This document shows positions 30,514-40,235 of a stretch of 64,000 bases of DNA, one piece after another (positions within the stretch are counted from its first letter, which is position 1; every line of letters begins with the position of its first letter). Both the position numbers and the translations under genes were made by a program. The notes under the pieces are model-generated. The model searched no databases. It was not told where the DNA came from and saw only the letters and a program-made list of their open reading frames with translations. Source of the DNA: Deltaproteobacteria bacterium (GTDB taxonomy: Bacteria; Myxococcota; JACRCW01); assembly GCA_016218805.1 (NCBI GenBank), contig JACRCW010000065.1:94040-158039 (forward strand), in the 5' to 3' direction.

Positions 30514-32313
30514 ATGAGGTCCGGCACGTCTGTCGGGACATGGGCGCGGCGCCGGTCGCTGCGCCGGTTCTTGCTCCTGCTGCTCGTCGTGTTCGCGAGC
30601 GAGACGGTGGTCATGCTGGCCCTGGAGGCGGTGGACATCCACCTGCCGCTGTTCCAGGGGGCGGTGCTGGACGCGCTGTTGCTGTGCCTGGTGACCGCGC
30701 CCGTCATCTGGCGCCTGTTTGTGGATCCGCTGGTTGAGAAGACCGCGCACGCCCAGCAACTCGCCGCCACCGCACAGCACAACTACCAGGCGCTCATTGA
30801 ACATTCCCCGGACGCCGTCGTGGTGCACCGCCAGGGGCGTTTCGTGTACGTCAACCCCGCGTGCCTGCGCTACCTCGGCTATCAACGCGCGGAGGACTTG
30901 CTGGGCCGCAGCGTGGCGGAGGTCGTCCACCCTGATGACCGCAGCCTGGTGGCCGAGCGGATGCTCGCCGCCGGCCACGCCACGGAACCGTTGCCGCCGT
31001 TACAGGAGCGTTTTGTGCGCGCGGACGGCTCCATCGTGTTTGCAGAGATTGTTGCAATGGGGACGGTGTTTGACGGACTGCCAGCGGTGCTGGCGATAGC
31101 CCGGGACCTGACCTGGCGACGTGAACTCGACGGTCGCCTGGCCACGTCGGACCGCCTGGCTTCCATGGGAATGCTGACGGCCGGCATCGCTCATGAGATC
31201 AACAATCCGCTCTCATTCGTCCTGGCCAATGTCGGCTTTGGCGCTGACGAGGCGGCGGCCCTGGCGGAAGACCTGCGCACGCGCGAGCTGGCCCGCAGCC
31301 ACGTGATGGATCGCCTGGCTGAGATCCGCGCCGCACTGGATGACGCACGGGAAGGCGCCGGGCGCGTGCGCCAGCTGGCCCGGGACCTCAAGGGCCTGTC
31401 TCGCGTCCGGACCGACGAGGTCACGCTGGTCAACCTGCGCCCGGTGCTGGAGGGCTGCTGCAACATTGCCTGGGCGGAGATCCGGCACCGTGCGCGGCTG
31501 GTGAAGGAATACGGTGCCACGCCCCTGGTGGAGGCCAACGAAGGCCGCCTGGGCCAGGTGTTCCTCAACCTGCTGGTGAACGCGGCGCACGCGGTCCCGG
31601 AGGGCGCACCCGACCGCCACGTCATCCGGGTAGAGACGGGGCGCGACGAGAAGGGGCGCGCCCGGGTCACCATAAGCGACAGCGGCTGCGGCATGAGCCA
31701 GCAGGTCATCCAACAGCTGTTCACCCCCTTCTTCACCACCAAGCCCCCGTCTTCCGGCACCGGCCTGGGCCTGTCCATCTGTCACCGCATCATCACGGAC
31801 CTGGGGGGCGAGATTCACGTTGAAAGCACGCCGGGGCAGGGCAGCCGTTTCTCCGTCAAGCTTCCCGCTGCGGCGGAACAGCCGGCGGGCGCGGGGGCGC
31901 CACACCCCGCCACGCCGGACCGGGCGCGCGGGCGCGTGCTGCTGGTGGACGACGACCCCCACACCGCAACCCTGATCATGCGTGCGTTGGGGGGTGAGCA
32001 CGAGGTGGTGGTGACTGCGGGGGCCGCCGAGGCGGTGGCGCGGCTGGAACGCGACCCGTCCTTTGACGTGATCCTGTGTGACCTCACCAGCGCGACGTGT
32101 CCAGGTACCGCGGTCCACGCCGCATTGCGGGACCACACCGAGCTGGCCACACGCCTGGTGTTCCTCAGCGGGGACGCGGTGCCACCGTGTGCGCGCACGC
32201 TGCTGGATACGGTTGCGCTGCCGCGGCTGCAGAAACCTTTTGATGTGCGGGACCTGCGCGCCCTGGTACGCGAGCGCCTGGCCCAGCGGGCCGCGGCCCG
32301 CGTGTCAGCCTGA
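30514..32313 (+). CDS. hybrid sensor histidine kinase (TM, PAS, HisKA, HATPase_c, receiver)
   Basis: GGAGG RBS. H-box 'HEINNPLSFV'. G-boxes 'DSGCGM…GTGLGLSI'. C-terminal REC 'VLLVDDDP…'. Confidence 0.8.
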   Translation: MRSGTSVGTWARRRSLRRFLLLLLVVFASETVVMLALEAVDIHLPLFQGAVLDALLLCLVTAPVIWRLFVDPLVEKTAHAQQLAATAQHNYQALIEHSPDAVVVHRQGRFVYVNPACLRYLGYQRAEDLLGRSVAEVVHPDDRSLVAERMLAAGHATEPLPPLQERFVRADGSIVFAEIVAMGTVFDGLPAVLAIARDLTWRRELDGRLATSDRLASMGMLTAGIAHEINNPLSFVLANVGFGADEAAALAEDLRTRELARSHVMDRLAEIRAALDDAREGAGRVRQLARDLKGLSRVRTDEVTLVNLRPVLEGCCNIAWAEIRHRARLVKEYGATPLVEANEGRLGQVFLNLLVNAAHAVPEGAPDRHVIRVETGRDEKGRARVTISDSGCGMSQQVIQQLFTPFFTTKPPSSGTGLGLSICHRIITDLGGEIHVESTPGQGSRFSVKLPAAAEQPAGAGAPHPATPDRARGRVLLVDDDPHTATLIMRALGGEHEVVVTAGAAEAVARLERDPSFDVILCDLTSATCPGTAVHAALRDHTELATRLVFLSGDAVPPCARTLLDTVALPRLQKPFDVRDLRALVRERLAQRAAARVSA

Positions 32314-32429
32314 CCGCCGGGGTACGCCGGAGAGTGCGCGTGCGAAAGCGCACGGCTCTCAACCTGCGGGGAAGTGCACGCCGTCACCACCGCGACGTTG
32401 GCGGTGTCCCCCCTTGCAGGCCCAGCGGA

Positions 32430-35400
32430 TCAGCGCCGGCGGCGGCGCCAGCCTGCGAGCACCGCAGTGAATCCGATCAGCCACACGCCGGCCACCTGCG
32501 GGCTGGCCGAGCACCCGCACCCGGACGACCCACCGCCGTCATCATCACCGCCGCCACCGCCTCCGCCGGTTCCGGCGGACGACGCGGTGGCAGGTCCCGA
32601 GGTGGCCGCGGAACTCGTTGGGGCGGACGCGCTGGAGGCGGTCACCGCGGCAGAACTGCCCGCGGCCGCCGACGATGCCCCGGCTCCGGAACTGGCCGTG
32701 CCTACTGACGACGCCGCCGGACCGGAGCTGGACGCGGCACTGCGCACCTCCACCTGGAACGAGCCCGTGCCCGTCAGCGCCCCGTCATCCGCGGTCAGCG
32801 TGATGATGGCGGTGCCTCGCGCGCCCGCCGTCGGCATCAGTTGCAGCGTGCGGGCGCCCGCGCTCCCGCCCAACACCAGCGACGCCGTCGGGAACAGCGT
32901 GTTGTCATCGGAAACCGCCGTCACCGTCACGGTGGCCACATCGGTGTCCGGGTCAGCAACGGTGAACGGGAGTGCCGCGCTGGCCTCACCCACGTCCAGC
33001 ACCTGGTCTGCCGGCGGGGTCACACGCGGCGCATCCGCCACGGGCGTCACGGTCAGGGTGAACCGCCTGGCGGAGGTGGCCGTCCCGTCAGAGACAACCA
33101 GGTCAACCTGCGCGGTGCCGGACGCATCTGCCTGCGGCGTGATGGTCAGCGTGAACGGGCTCTGCGTCCCCGTCACCACCAGCCCGGCAGACGTGATGAG
33201 CGTGTCGTTGTCGGCGGACCGCACCCAGGTGAACGCGGTGGTGTCCGGGTCCGTGACGGTGAGTTCCACGGTTGCGGGGACGTCCTCGGCGGTGGTCACC
33301 GGCAGGATGGGCTCCAGCACCGGCGGATCCTCAACGGGCCGGATGACCACGTTGAAGGAACGCGTGGCCTGCGCGCCCGCGTCATCCGTGGCGGTGAGCG
33401 TGATCCCCACGGTGCCATCCACATTGGCCGCCGGCGTGAACGCCACCGTCCAGTTGGTCCCGCTGCCGGTGACCGCCAGACTGCCCCGCTGCGGGTTGTC
33501 CAGCGCACCGTCCGCAAACAGCGACGCGGCGGGACTGTCCACGTCCGACAAGGTGAACGCCACCGGCGCAAGCACTGTGTCCTCGTCAATCTGCTGTTCC
33601 GCAATGAGGCCGATGGTGGGCGGGTCATTCACTGGCCGCACCAGGACTGAAACCGTCCGCGTGGCGGTGCGCGGCGCCGCCGGGGTCTGGCCGGTGTCCA
33701 TGACGGACAGCGTGATCACGGTGGAGCCGTACGCGTCAGGCAGTGGCCACAGTTGCACCGTGCGGCTGGCCCCGGTGCCCGTCACCAGGATGGTGGAGGC
33801 GTTCCGCGGGTCAAACAGCGCCAGGTCCGCGCTGTCCACCCCCAACACCAGCTGGTCCGGGGGCGTCTCCACGTCCCCCAGCGCCAGGTCCACTTGGAAG
33901 GACCCATCCTCGTCAATGGCTGCCGAACTCAGGCTGGCGTTGAGCGTTGGCGCGTCATTCACCGGGGTCACGGTGAGCGTGAGCGTGCGGGAGACGCTGG
34001 TCTCACCGTCCGACAGCGTGAAGGTGACCGTGGCGGTCCCGGCGGCGTTGGCCGCGGGCACCAAGGCAAAGCTGGCGGAGGTGGCCGTCACCGCCGAGAA
34101 GCTGATCCCCGCGTTCGGGAGGAGCGCCGGGTCCGAACTGGACCCGGTGAGCACGGGCGTGGTGCCGTCCGGGTCCCCGAAGGTGAGGCTGCCGGTGGCG
34201 GGCGTGTCCTCGTTGACGGTGAGCGTGGCGGGAACGGTGGCAAAGGCCGGCGCGTCATTCACCGCGTTCACCTGCAGGTTGAAGGTGGTGGTGGCGGTGG
34301 CGCTTCCGTCACTGACGGTCAACGTGATGACGGTGGTGCCGTTCTGGTTGGATGCGGGGGTGGCGATCACCGTTCGGTCTGCGCCGCTGCCCCCCAGCGC
34401 CAGGGCGCCGTTGGGCACCAGCGTGGTGTTGGAGGAGGTGGCCGTCACGGTGAGCGTGGCGGTGTCCACGTCCTCCACTCTGAACGCAATGGCGCCGGTG
34501 GGCGTGTCTTCGTTGGTGGACTGGGCGGTGATGGAAGAAATGGTGGGCGCGTCATTGACCGCGTTGACGGTGAAGTCCACTGCCGTGACGGCGGTGCTCA
34601 ACGCGGAGTAACCGTTCCCCGCGCCCGTCGTCGTCACCAGAGCGCCGTTGGCGCCCTGCGTGGTGTCCCAGGCCCGGAAGCGCAGGGAGTCAACCTCGGT
34701 GCCGTTGTAGTTTGGCTGGGGCACATACCGCAGCCGGGTGGCTTCATTGAACCGCAGCAGCCGGGCCGGGCACGTCGTGTCGGCGCATGAAAGGGGAAAC
34801 CCAGCGCTCACCTGCTGCCACGTGCCGCCGCGGTCCAGGCTGTACTGCCACTGCCCGTGCCAGGCGGATGTCCAGACCACGCCCATGCCGCCAGGCCCAA
34901 TGGGGTCAGGGTCCGTCACCGGGAAGTTCCCATTGGGCGCGGCGTACAGGGCGGTGATGGCGAACCCCTGATTGGTCACGTCGTCCTCGTTGGTGGCGGG
35001 CACGGTCAGCGTGACGGTGTTGTCCAGCACCGGGGGCACGTTGGCCCCGCCGCGCAGCGTCAGCGTCACCGACCCGATGGCACCGGAAAGCCCCGTGGTG
35101 TCATCCCACGCATACAGTTCCCAGGTTCCGCCCGTGGTCCCCACCATCCGGTTGAGGTCCACGCGCCAGTCGGGGGGCACGAAGTACGGCGCGGGCGGCG
35201 TGGCGTGGATGTCAGAGGGCGCATAGTCCGTGGCGGCGTACGTGCCGGTCACCGGCAACGTGCTGTCCGGCAGCGTGGCGGTGGCCGTGGAGTCAAAGGT
35301 CAACGTCACCGGCGTGGTCATGGTGGTGGTGCCGCCCGTGTCGGACAGCACGTAGGTCACCCGGTCATCCGGTGAGACCAGCAGCATGTCCACGTCGTCC

Positions 35401-36131
35401 GGGCGGCCGTGCGAAAAGTTGGTGAGCGTGAGGGACAGCCCGGTGACGGTGCCAACGAAGAAGGGCTCGTTAAACACCATCGGATAGGAACTCGCCTTGG
35501 TGGGCGGCGTGGCGCCGTCCAGCAGCGTGATGGGGCCAGCAACCGTTGAGGTCTTGTCCCGCGCGTTGATGGTCAATGACCAGGATGCAAGCGTGCCGGT
35601 CCCCGATTGAAGGAACTGATTGTCGTCGGAAATGTAGAGCTTCCACGTGGTGTTGGGGTCCTGGCCGTAGAACGCGTGCAGGTAGGTGTCCGTTGGCGCA
35701 CCGGGGATCTCCGCAGGGAAGGTGTCAGCAAAACCGACCACACCACCCGGGGTCTGGCCCTCTGGCCGGTAGGTTCCAGAGGTGATGGTTCCCGTCGTGG
35801 GCATCCGGTTGGCGTTGAAGTCCTCGAACGTGAGGTTGAGGTTGTTGGCCGCGCCGGTCCCCATGTCACTCATGAGTTCAACCGTGGCGCCACCCGGGCC
35901 CAGCAGGACGATGTCCAGGTCACCGGTATTGGGATGCGTCAGCCCGGTCAGCGTCACCGTCACGTCGGCCACCGGGCTGTTGAAGCCCGTCACCACGATT
36001 GATGACGTCGGCGCCGAGCCGATGACCGGAATGGTGATGGGCGTGGAGTTGGTGAACGTCTGGCGAAACTGGGCGTGCGCCGTGACGGACGCGCACAGCA
36101 GCACGGGCACATGGAGAGACGATAGGCGCAT
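32430..36131 (-). CDS. cell-surface protein with two proprotein-convertase P-domains, many Ig/cadherin-like 'VNDAPT' repeats and a MYXO-CTERM anchor
   Basis: Signal peptide 'MRLSSLHVPVLLCASVTAHA'. P-domain 'DLDIVLLGPGGATVELMSDMG…' appears twice. Repeated 'VNDAP(T/A)'. Tail 'GCGCSASPQVAGVWLIGFTAVLAGWRRRRR'. Confidence 0.65.
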   Translation of the reverse strand: MRLSSLHVPVLLCASVTAHAQFRQTFTNSTPITIPVIGSAPTSSIVVTGFNSPVADVTVTLTGLTHPNTGDLDIVLLGPGGATVELMSDMGTGAANNLNLTFEDFNANRMPTTGTITSGTYRPEGQTPGGVVGFADTFPAEIPGAPTDTYLHAFYGQDPNTTWKLYISDDNQFLQSGTGTLASWSLTINARDKTSTVAGPITLLDGATPPTKASSYPMVFNEPFFVGTVTGLSLTLTNFSHGRPDDVDMLLVSPDDRVTYVLSDTGGTTTMTTPVTLTFDSTATATLPDSTLPVTGTYAATDYAPSDIHATPPAPYFVPPDWRVDLNRMVGTTGGTWELYAWDDTTGLSGAIGSVTLTLRGGANVPPVLDNTVTLTVPATNEDDVTNQGFAITALYAAPNGNFPVTDPDPIGPGGMGVVWTSAWHGQWQYSLDRGGTWQQVSAGFPLSCADTTCPARLLRFNEATRLRYVPQPNYNGTEVDSLRFRAWDTTQGANGALVTTTGAGNGYSALSTAVTAVDFTVNAVNDAPTISSITAQSTNEDTPTGAIAFRVEDVDTATLTVTATSSNTTLVPNGALALGGSGADRTVIATPASNQNGTTVITLTVSDGSATATTTFNLQVNAVNDAPAFATVPATLTVNEDTPATGSLTFGDPDGTTPVLTGSSSDPALLPNAGISFSAVTATSASFALVPAANAAGTATVTFTLSDGETSVSRTLTLTVTPVNDAPTLNASLSSAAIDEDGSFQVDLALGDVETPPDQLVLGVDSADLALFDPRNASTILVTGTGASRTVQLWPLPDAYGSTVITLSVMDTGQTPAAPRTATRTVSVLVRPVNDPPTIGLIAEQQIDEDTVLAPVAFTLSDVDSPAASLFADGALDNPQRGSLAVTGSGTNWTVAFTPAANVDGTVGITLTATDDAGAQATRSFNVVIRPVEDPPVLEPILPVTTAEDVPATVELTVTDPDTTAFTWVRSADNDTLITSAGLVVTGTQSPFTLTITPQADASGTAQVDLVVSDGTATSARRFTLTVTPVADAPRVTPPADQVLDVGEASAALPFTVADPDTDVATVTVTAVSDDNTLFPTASLVLGGSAGARTLQLMPTAGARGTAIITLTADDGALTGTGSFQVEVRSAASSSGPAASSVGTASSGAGASSAAAGSSAAVTASSASAPTSSAATSGPATASSAGTGGGGGGGDDDGGGSSGCGCSASPQVAGVWLIGFTAVLAGWRRRRR

Positions 36132-36363
36132 GAAGAACGACCCCCTTGAACGCGGCATGTAAGGTAAGACCGCCAAACCCACTGCTCGCATAGGGCGGCC
36201 GCCTCGTTCAAGTTCTAAGGCCGCTGCCTTGGCCTGGGACGCGCCGCGTCAGGCTGCGCCGTTTCTGCACCCTTTCGTCGCTCCACGTCGTGGCGGACCC
36301 ACGCAGGTGTCCGGCACGCCGGTCACGGTGTCGCGAGAATGAGACGGTCCGCGGTGTCAGCGT

Positions 36364-37416
36364 TCAGCGGCGCGCGTGCACAAACAGCTCCTGCCGGTTG
36401 TGGAACAACTGCGTCACCCGCAGGTGCGCGAACCCCGCGCCGCGAAGTTGTGCGAGCATCCAGTCCAGCCGCTCCACGTGTTCCAGCTTGTTGAGCTTCA
36501 GCGTCAGGAACGCGTGGCGCACGCCCGGGAGTCCCTGCAACAGGCGGCGCAGCGCGCCCAACACCAGCAGCGGTGACAGATTCACGTCGTACACGGCCCA
36601 GGTGAGGTCCTGCGGCAGCGCCGCGGGGTCCAGTCGCTCAAACGGCACCGCGAGATGCTGGAAGCGCGGGTGTGCCGCCACAGCCGGGTGCATGTCCCCC
36701 GGGTCTACGCCCACCACGCGCGCGCCGCGCTGCAACAACGCGAGGGTGCCGCCGCCCGGCGCGCACCCAATGTCCAGGACAACGTCGTTGTTCCCCGGTG
36801 CCACGCCGCTCCACCAGAACGCCTCTTCAATCTTCAGCCATACGCGCGAGGGAGTCTCAGGCGGGGGCGCCCGCTTGGGGGGCCGCCCGCCCGGCGTGGG
36901 GCGGTGCGCACCGCCGTGGACGTGCGCTCCGGTGAACACCACGCCCGCGTCGACCTCAATGACGTCGAGAACCAGCTGCCCACGCCGCGGCTCCGCCTGC
37001 ACCGGCCAACGGCACTCCGGTGACGCGGTCACGCGCTCGGCAAGCGACGCATCTGCAGCCCAGGTGTCGTAGCCCTCGGGCTCATCACCCGGCGGGAAGG
37101 TGTCCCGCGCGAACGCGTGCAGGACCGGGTGCCTGGCGCCCGCCAGCGACGCCAGGCGGGTGCAGGCCGCGTCCACCGCGCCCGCGCCGCGCAAGGCCGT
37201 CCCGAATGACGGGCCCCAACAACGCGCCAGCACGGTGGGCGCTTCCACGTTGGTGTGGATGGCTCCGTCCGGCCACTTGAACGTCACAAAGCCGGGCCGG
37301 GAGAAGGAGAAGCGCAGGTGCTTGTGCCGGCGTGTGACGTCCGCCTTCACAAACTTCTCCGCGCCCGGCTGGCACGTCACAAACACAAACGGCGACACCA
37401 GCTCTGAACCGCTCAT
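36364..37416 (-). CDS. THUMP-like plus FtsJ/RrmJ-type SAM-dependent RNA 2'-O-methyltransferase (RlmM-like)
   Basis: FtsJ motif 'VVLDIGCAPGGGT'. Length and order resemble RlmM. Confidence 0.6.
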   Translation of the reverse strand: MSGSELVSPFVFVTCQPGAEKFVKADVTRRHKHLRFSFSRPGFVTFKWPDGAIHTNVEAPTVLARCWGPSFGTALRGAGAVDAACTRLASLAGARHPVLHAFARDTFPPGDEPEGYDTWAADASLAERVTASPECRWPVQAEPRRGQLVLDVIEVDAGVVFTGAHVHGGAHRPTPGGRPPKRAPPPETPSRVWLKIEEAFWWSGVAPGNNDVVLDIGCAPGGGTLALLQRGARVVGVDPGDMHPAVAAHPRFQHLAVPFERLDPAALPQDLTWAVYDVNLSPLLVLGALRRLLQGLPGVRHAFLTLKLNKLEHVERLDWMLAQLRGAGFAHLRVTQLFHNRQELFVHARR

Positions 37417-37733
37417 ACCGCACCTGCCCCTTCCTCGACGGACCAGCGGCGCGCGCTACTAGCACACCGCCGGGGCACCGCGGCGGGCGGTCGTTGCGTC
37501 GGGTCACCCGGATTGCAGCGGTGTCGAATCAACAGCAGCAACGGGTAGCGGCCGGACCTGTGCCGGTGAGCGCGCAGGGGCGAACAGCGGCCTGCGGCAA
37601 ACGGGCCAAATGCTGACCGTTCGGTGCGTTGCGCAGAACCGCAGGAGGAGCGCACCATGAAGCGTCTCCTCCCCCGGAGCACGGCCGCCCGACGGGCGCC
37701 ACGTGCAGCCGGGAGCATCCGAAGAGAACGTGA

Positions 37734-38531
37734 ATGACCACCCACCACGACGCCTGGATCCGCCACGGTGACATCACGCTTCCGCCGCCGGTTGACCTGG
37801 GCCGGCTGACGCGGCGGCGGCGGGAAGCATGCGCCGCGCTGATGGGCACGCTGTGGGACGCGCACGGACGGCGGCGGTTGCCGACGGTGCGCGCGCTGGT
37901 GGCGGCGCTGGAAGCGTGTGATCGGCGGGACCCCTGGTGGGTGTGCGAGGCCACCAGCGCGGGGCCGGTGTACCTGCTGCCCACGCGCGAATGGATGCGT
38001 CACCTGGTGCGCCTGCTGGACCGTCTGGGCGTGCGGCGCGTGCTCGAGGTGGGCGCGGGGGACGGGTTCCTTGCGGAGTGTCTGGCCCGCGCGGGGAGCG
38101 GCCTGCACGTCACCGCCACCGACACGCACGCGTGGCGCCGCCCCCGGGCGCGCATGAACGCGGCGGACCGGCGCGTGTACCGCGGCGTGCGCTTCAGCGG
38201 GATCCGTCCGGGTAGTAACGTCAAACGCCTGGGGGCAGCCGCGGCCATCACGCGGTTCCGTCCGGACCTGGTGTTGGTGAGCTGGCCGCCGCCCGGAACG
38301 CTGGTGGAGCGCGCCATCCGTGCGCGGACCCGGTGGGTGCTGGACCTCAGCGTGGAGGGCGACGTGTGCGGCAACGGCGCGGCGACGTGGCGGTTCAACA
38401 AGGAGTTCCTGGGCGGGCCGCTGGAGGACCGCGCGCTGTGCCGATTGGACGCCCGTCCTTCCGAGGGCCGCGCCACGCGGGTCACGCTGTACTTCGGGCG
38501 GGCGCACCCGGAGTTCTTTGAAGAGCGGTAA
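37734..38531 (+). CDS. putative class I SAM-dependent methyltransferase, hypothetical
   Basis: Motif I-like 'VLEVGAGDGFLAECLARAG'. Confidence 0.5.
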   Translation: MTTHHDAWIRHGDITLPPPVDLGRLTRRRREACAALMGTLWDAHGRRRLPTVRALVAALEACDRRDPWWVCEATSAGPVYLLPTREWMRHLVRLLDRLGVRRVLEVGAGDGFLAECLARAGSGLHVTATDTHAWRRPRARMNAADRRVYRGVRFSGIRPGSNVKRLGAAAAITRFRPDLVLVSWPPPGTLVERAIRARTRWVLDLSVEGDVCGNGAATWRFNKEFLGGPLEDRALCRLDARPSEGRATRVTLYFGRAHPEFFEER

Positions 38532-38549
38532 CGGTGGTGCGGGTGCAGC

Positions 38550-38966
38550 ATGACGGAACGGTCACAGGCGCTGGCGCGGGACGTGGGGTTGCTGCTCTTA
38601 CGGCTGACTGCCGGCGGCATCATGGTGTTCGTGCACGGGTGGGGGAAGCTTGCGGGCTTCGCTGACAAGAGCGCCAGCTTCCCGGATCCCCTCGGCGTCG
38701 GGTCGGCGGCGAGCCTGGCGCTCGCGGTGTTCGCCGAGGTGTTCTGCGCGCTTGGCCTGGTGACGGGGACGCTGACGCGGCTGGCGGTGGTGCCGCTGGT
38801 GGTCACCATGCTGGTCGCCGCCGGCATGGTGCACGCGGGGGACCCCTGGGCAAAGAAGGAACTCGCGTTGGTGTACCTGACGCTCTTCGCGACCCTCGGC
38901 CTGACCGGGCCCGGGCGCTTCTCGGTGGACCACCTCGTCGACAAGTGGCGGTCCGGCAGGCGTTGA
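38550..38966 (+). CDS. DoxX-family membrane protein
   Basis: 138 aa with four TM helices. '[21 protein letters not shown]'. Confidence 0.7.
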   Translation: MTERSQALARDVGLLLLRLTAGGIMVFVHGWGKLAGFADKSASFPDPLGVGSAASLALAVFAEVFCALGLVTGTLTRLAVVPLVVTMLVAAGMVHAGDPWAKKELALVYLTLFATLGLTGPGRFSVDHLVDKWRSGRR

Positions 38967-39013
38967 CTCTGCCACCCGGGCGCGGCTTTTGTCCCCGGAA
39001 AACGGAGGCGGAC

Positions 39014-40168
39014 ATGCGGATCCTGTACGGCGTGGTGGGTGAGGGCATGGGCCACGCGACGCGCAGCCGCGTGTCACTGGATCACCTGTTGGCCGGCGGC
39101 CACGAAGTGCGTGTGGTGGTCAGCGGGCGCGCGCACACGTTTCTCACCGACCGTTTCAAGGACCGCCGCAACATCCGCTTTGACGAGATTCACGGCCTGC
39201 ACATGAACTACGAAGGCAACGCCGTGGACAAGTCCGAAAGCGTGCGCACCAACCTGGAGGACGCGCCGCGCGGGCTGCTGCAGAACGTGGAGGTGTACCG
39301 CAAGGTGGCGGAGGACGGCTTCAAGCCGGACGTGGTGTTCAGCGACTTTGAATCGTGGGCGTACCTGTATGGACTCAACCACCGCATCCCGGTGGTGAGC
39401 ATTGACAACATGCAGGTGCTCAACCGCTGCCGCCACGACGACGACGTGACGCATCACCGCGGGTTCCACTTCCGGCTGGCCAAGGCGGCCGTGAAGCTGA
39501 AGCTCCCCGGCGCGTACCACTACCTGGTCACCAGCTTCTTCTTCCCGGAGGTGCGCAAGCCGCGCACCACGCTGGTTCCGCCCATCCTGCGCGCGGAGAT
39601 CCTGGCCGCGCGCCGCGAGCCCGGCGCGCACGTGCTGGTGTACCAGACCGCGGCGGCCAACACGGACCTGGTGCCCACGCTCCGCAAGCTGCCCTTCCCG
39701 TTCCGCGTGTACGGCCTGGGCCGCGCGGGCACGGAGGGAAACGTCACGCTGTGTGCGTTCTCGGAGACGGGCTTTGTGGAGGACCTGCGCACGGCCAGGG
39801 CGGTGGTGGCCGGCGGCGGCTATTCGCTGATGGGTGAGGCGGTGCACCTGCACGTGCCCATGATGTCCATTCCGCTGGAGGGCCAGTACGAGCAGGAGCT
39901 CAACGCGCGCTACCTGCAGAAGCTGGGCTACGGCGTGTTTGCGCGCGCGTTGGACGTGGACGTGATGGCGCGGTTCCTGGCGGACACGGACCGCCACGCG
40001 CACGCGCTGCAGCAGTACCGGCCCGCGGACAACAGCATGCTCCTCGCCGCCGAGGACGAACTGCTGCAGCGCGTGCAGCGCGGCCAGTCCGCCCCGGTGC
40101 GCCTGGCAAGCCCATCACTGGGCAGCTACGGCGGCAAGGCCGGCGCGGACGGGGACGACGTCCACTGA
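39014..40168 (+). CDS. MJ1255/VC2487-family glycosyltransferase
   Basis: GGAGG RBS. 'MRILYGVVGEGMGHATRS' N-terminus is typical of this GT-B family. Confidence 0.7.
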   Translation: MRILYGVVGEGMGHATRSRVSLDHLLAGGHEVRVVVSGRAHTFLTDRFKDRRNIRFDEIHGLHMNYEGNAVDKSESVRTNLEDAPRGLLQNVEVYRKVAEDGFKPDVVFSDFESWAYLYGLNHRIPVVSIDNMQVLNRCRHDDDVTHHRGFHFRLAKAAVKLKLPGAYHYLVTSFFFPEVRKPRTTLVPPILRAEILAARREPGAHVLVYQTAAANTDLVPTLRKLPFPFRVYGLGRAGTEGNVTLCAFSETGFVEDLRTARAVVAGGGYSLMGEAVHLHVPMMSIPLEGQYEQELNARYLQKLGYGVFARALDVDVMARFLADTDRHAHALQQYRPADNSMLLAAEDELLQRVQRGQSAPVRLASPSLGSYGGKAGADGDDVH

Positions 40169-40235
40169 CCGGCCCAGGGTTCCCATCCCCGAGCCACTTG
40201 TCTATAGGACCCCGTCTCGTCTTCACGGAGGTCCC

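Noticed and set aside
37440-37733. About 290-bp intergenic region with an imperfect inverted repeat around an ATG (ggaggagcgcaccatgaagcgtctcctcc)
   Set aside because: It could be a small structured RNA or an attenuator. But it has only one short imperfect stem and a 26-codon ORF without support. Evidence is too weak to call.
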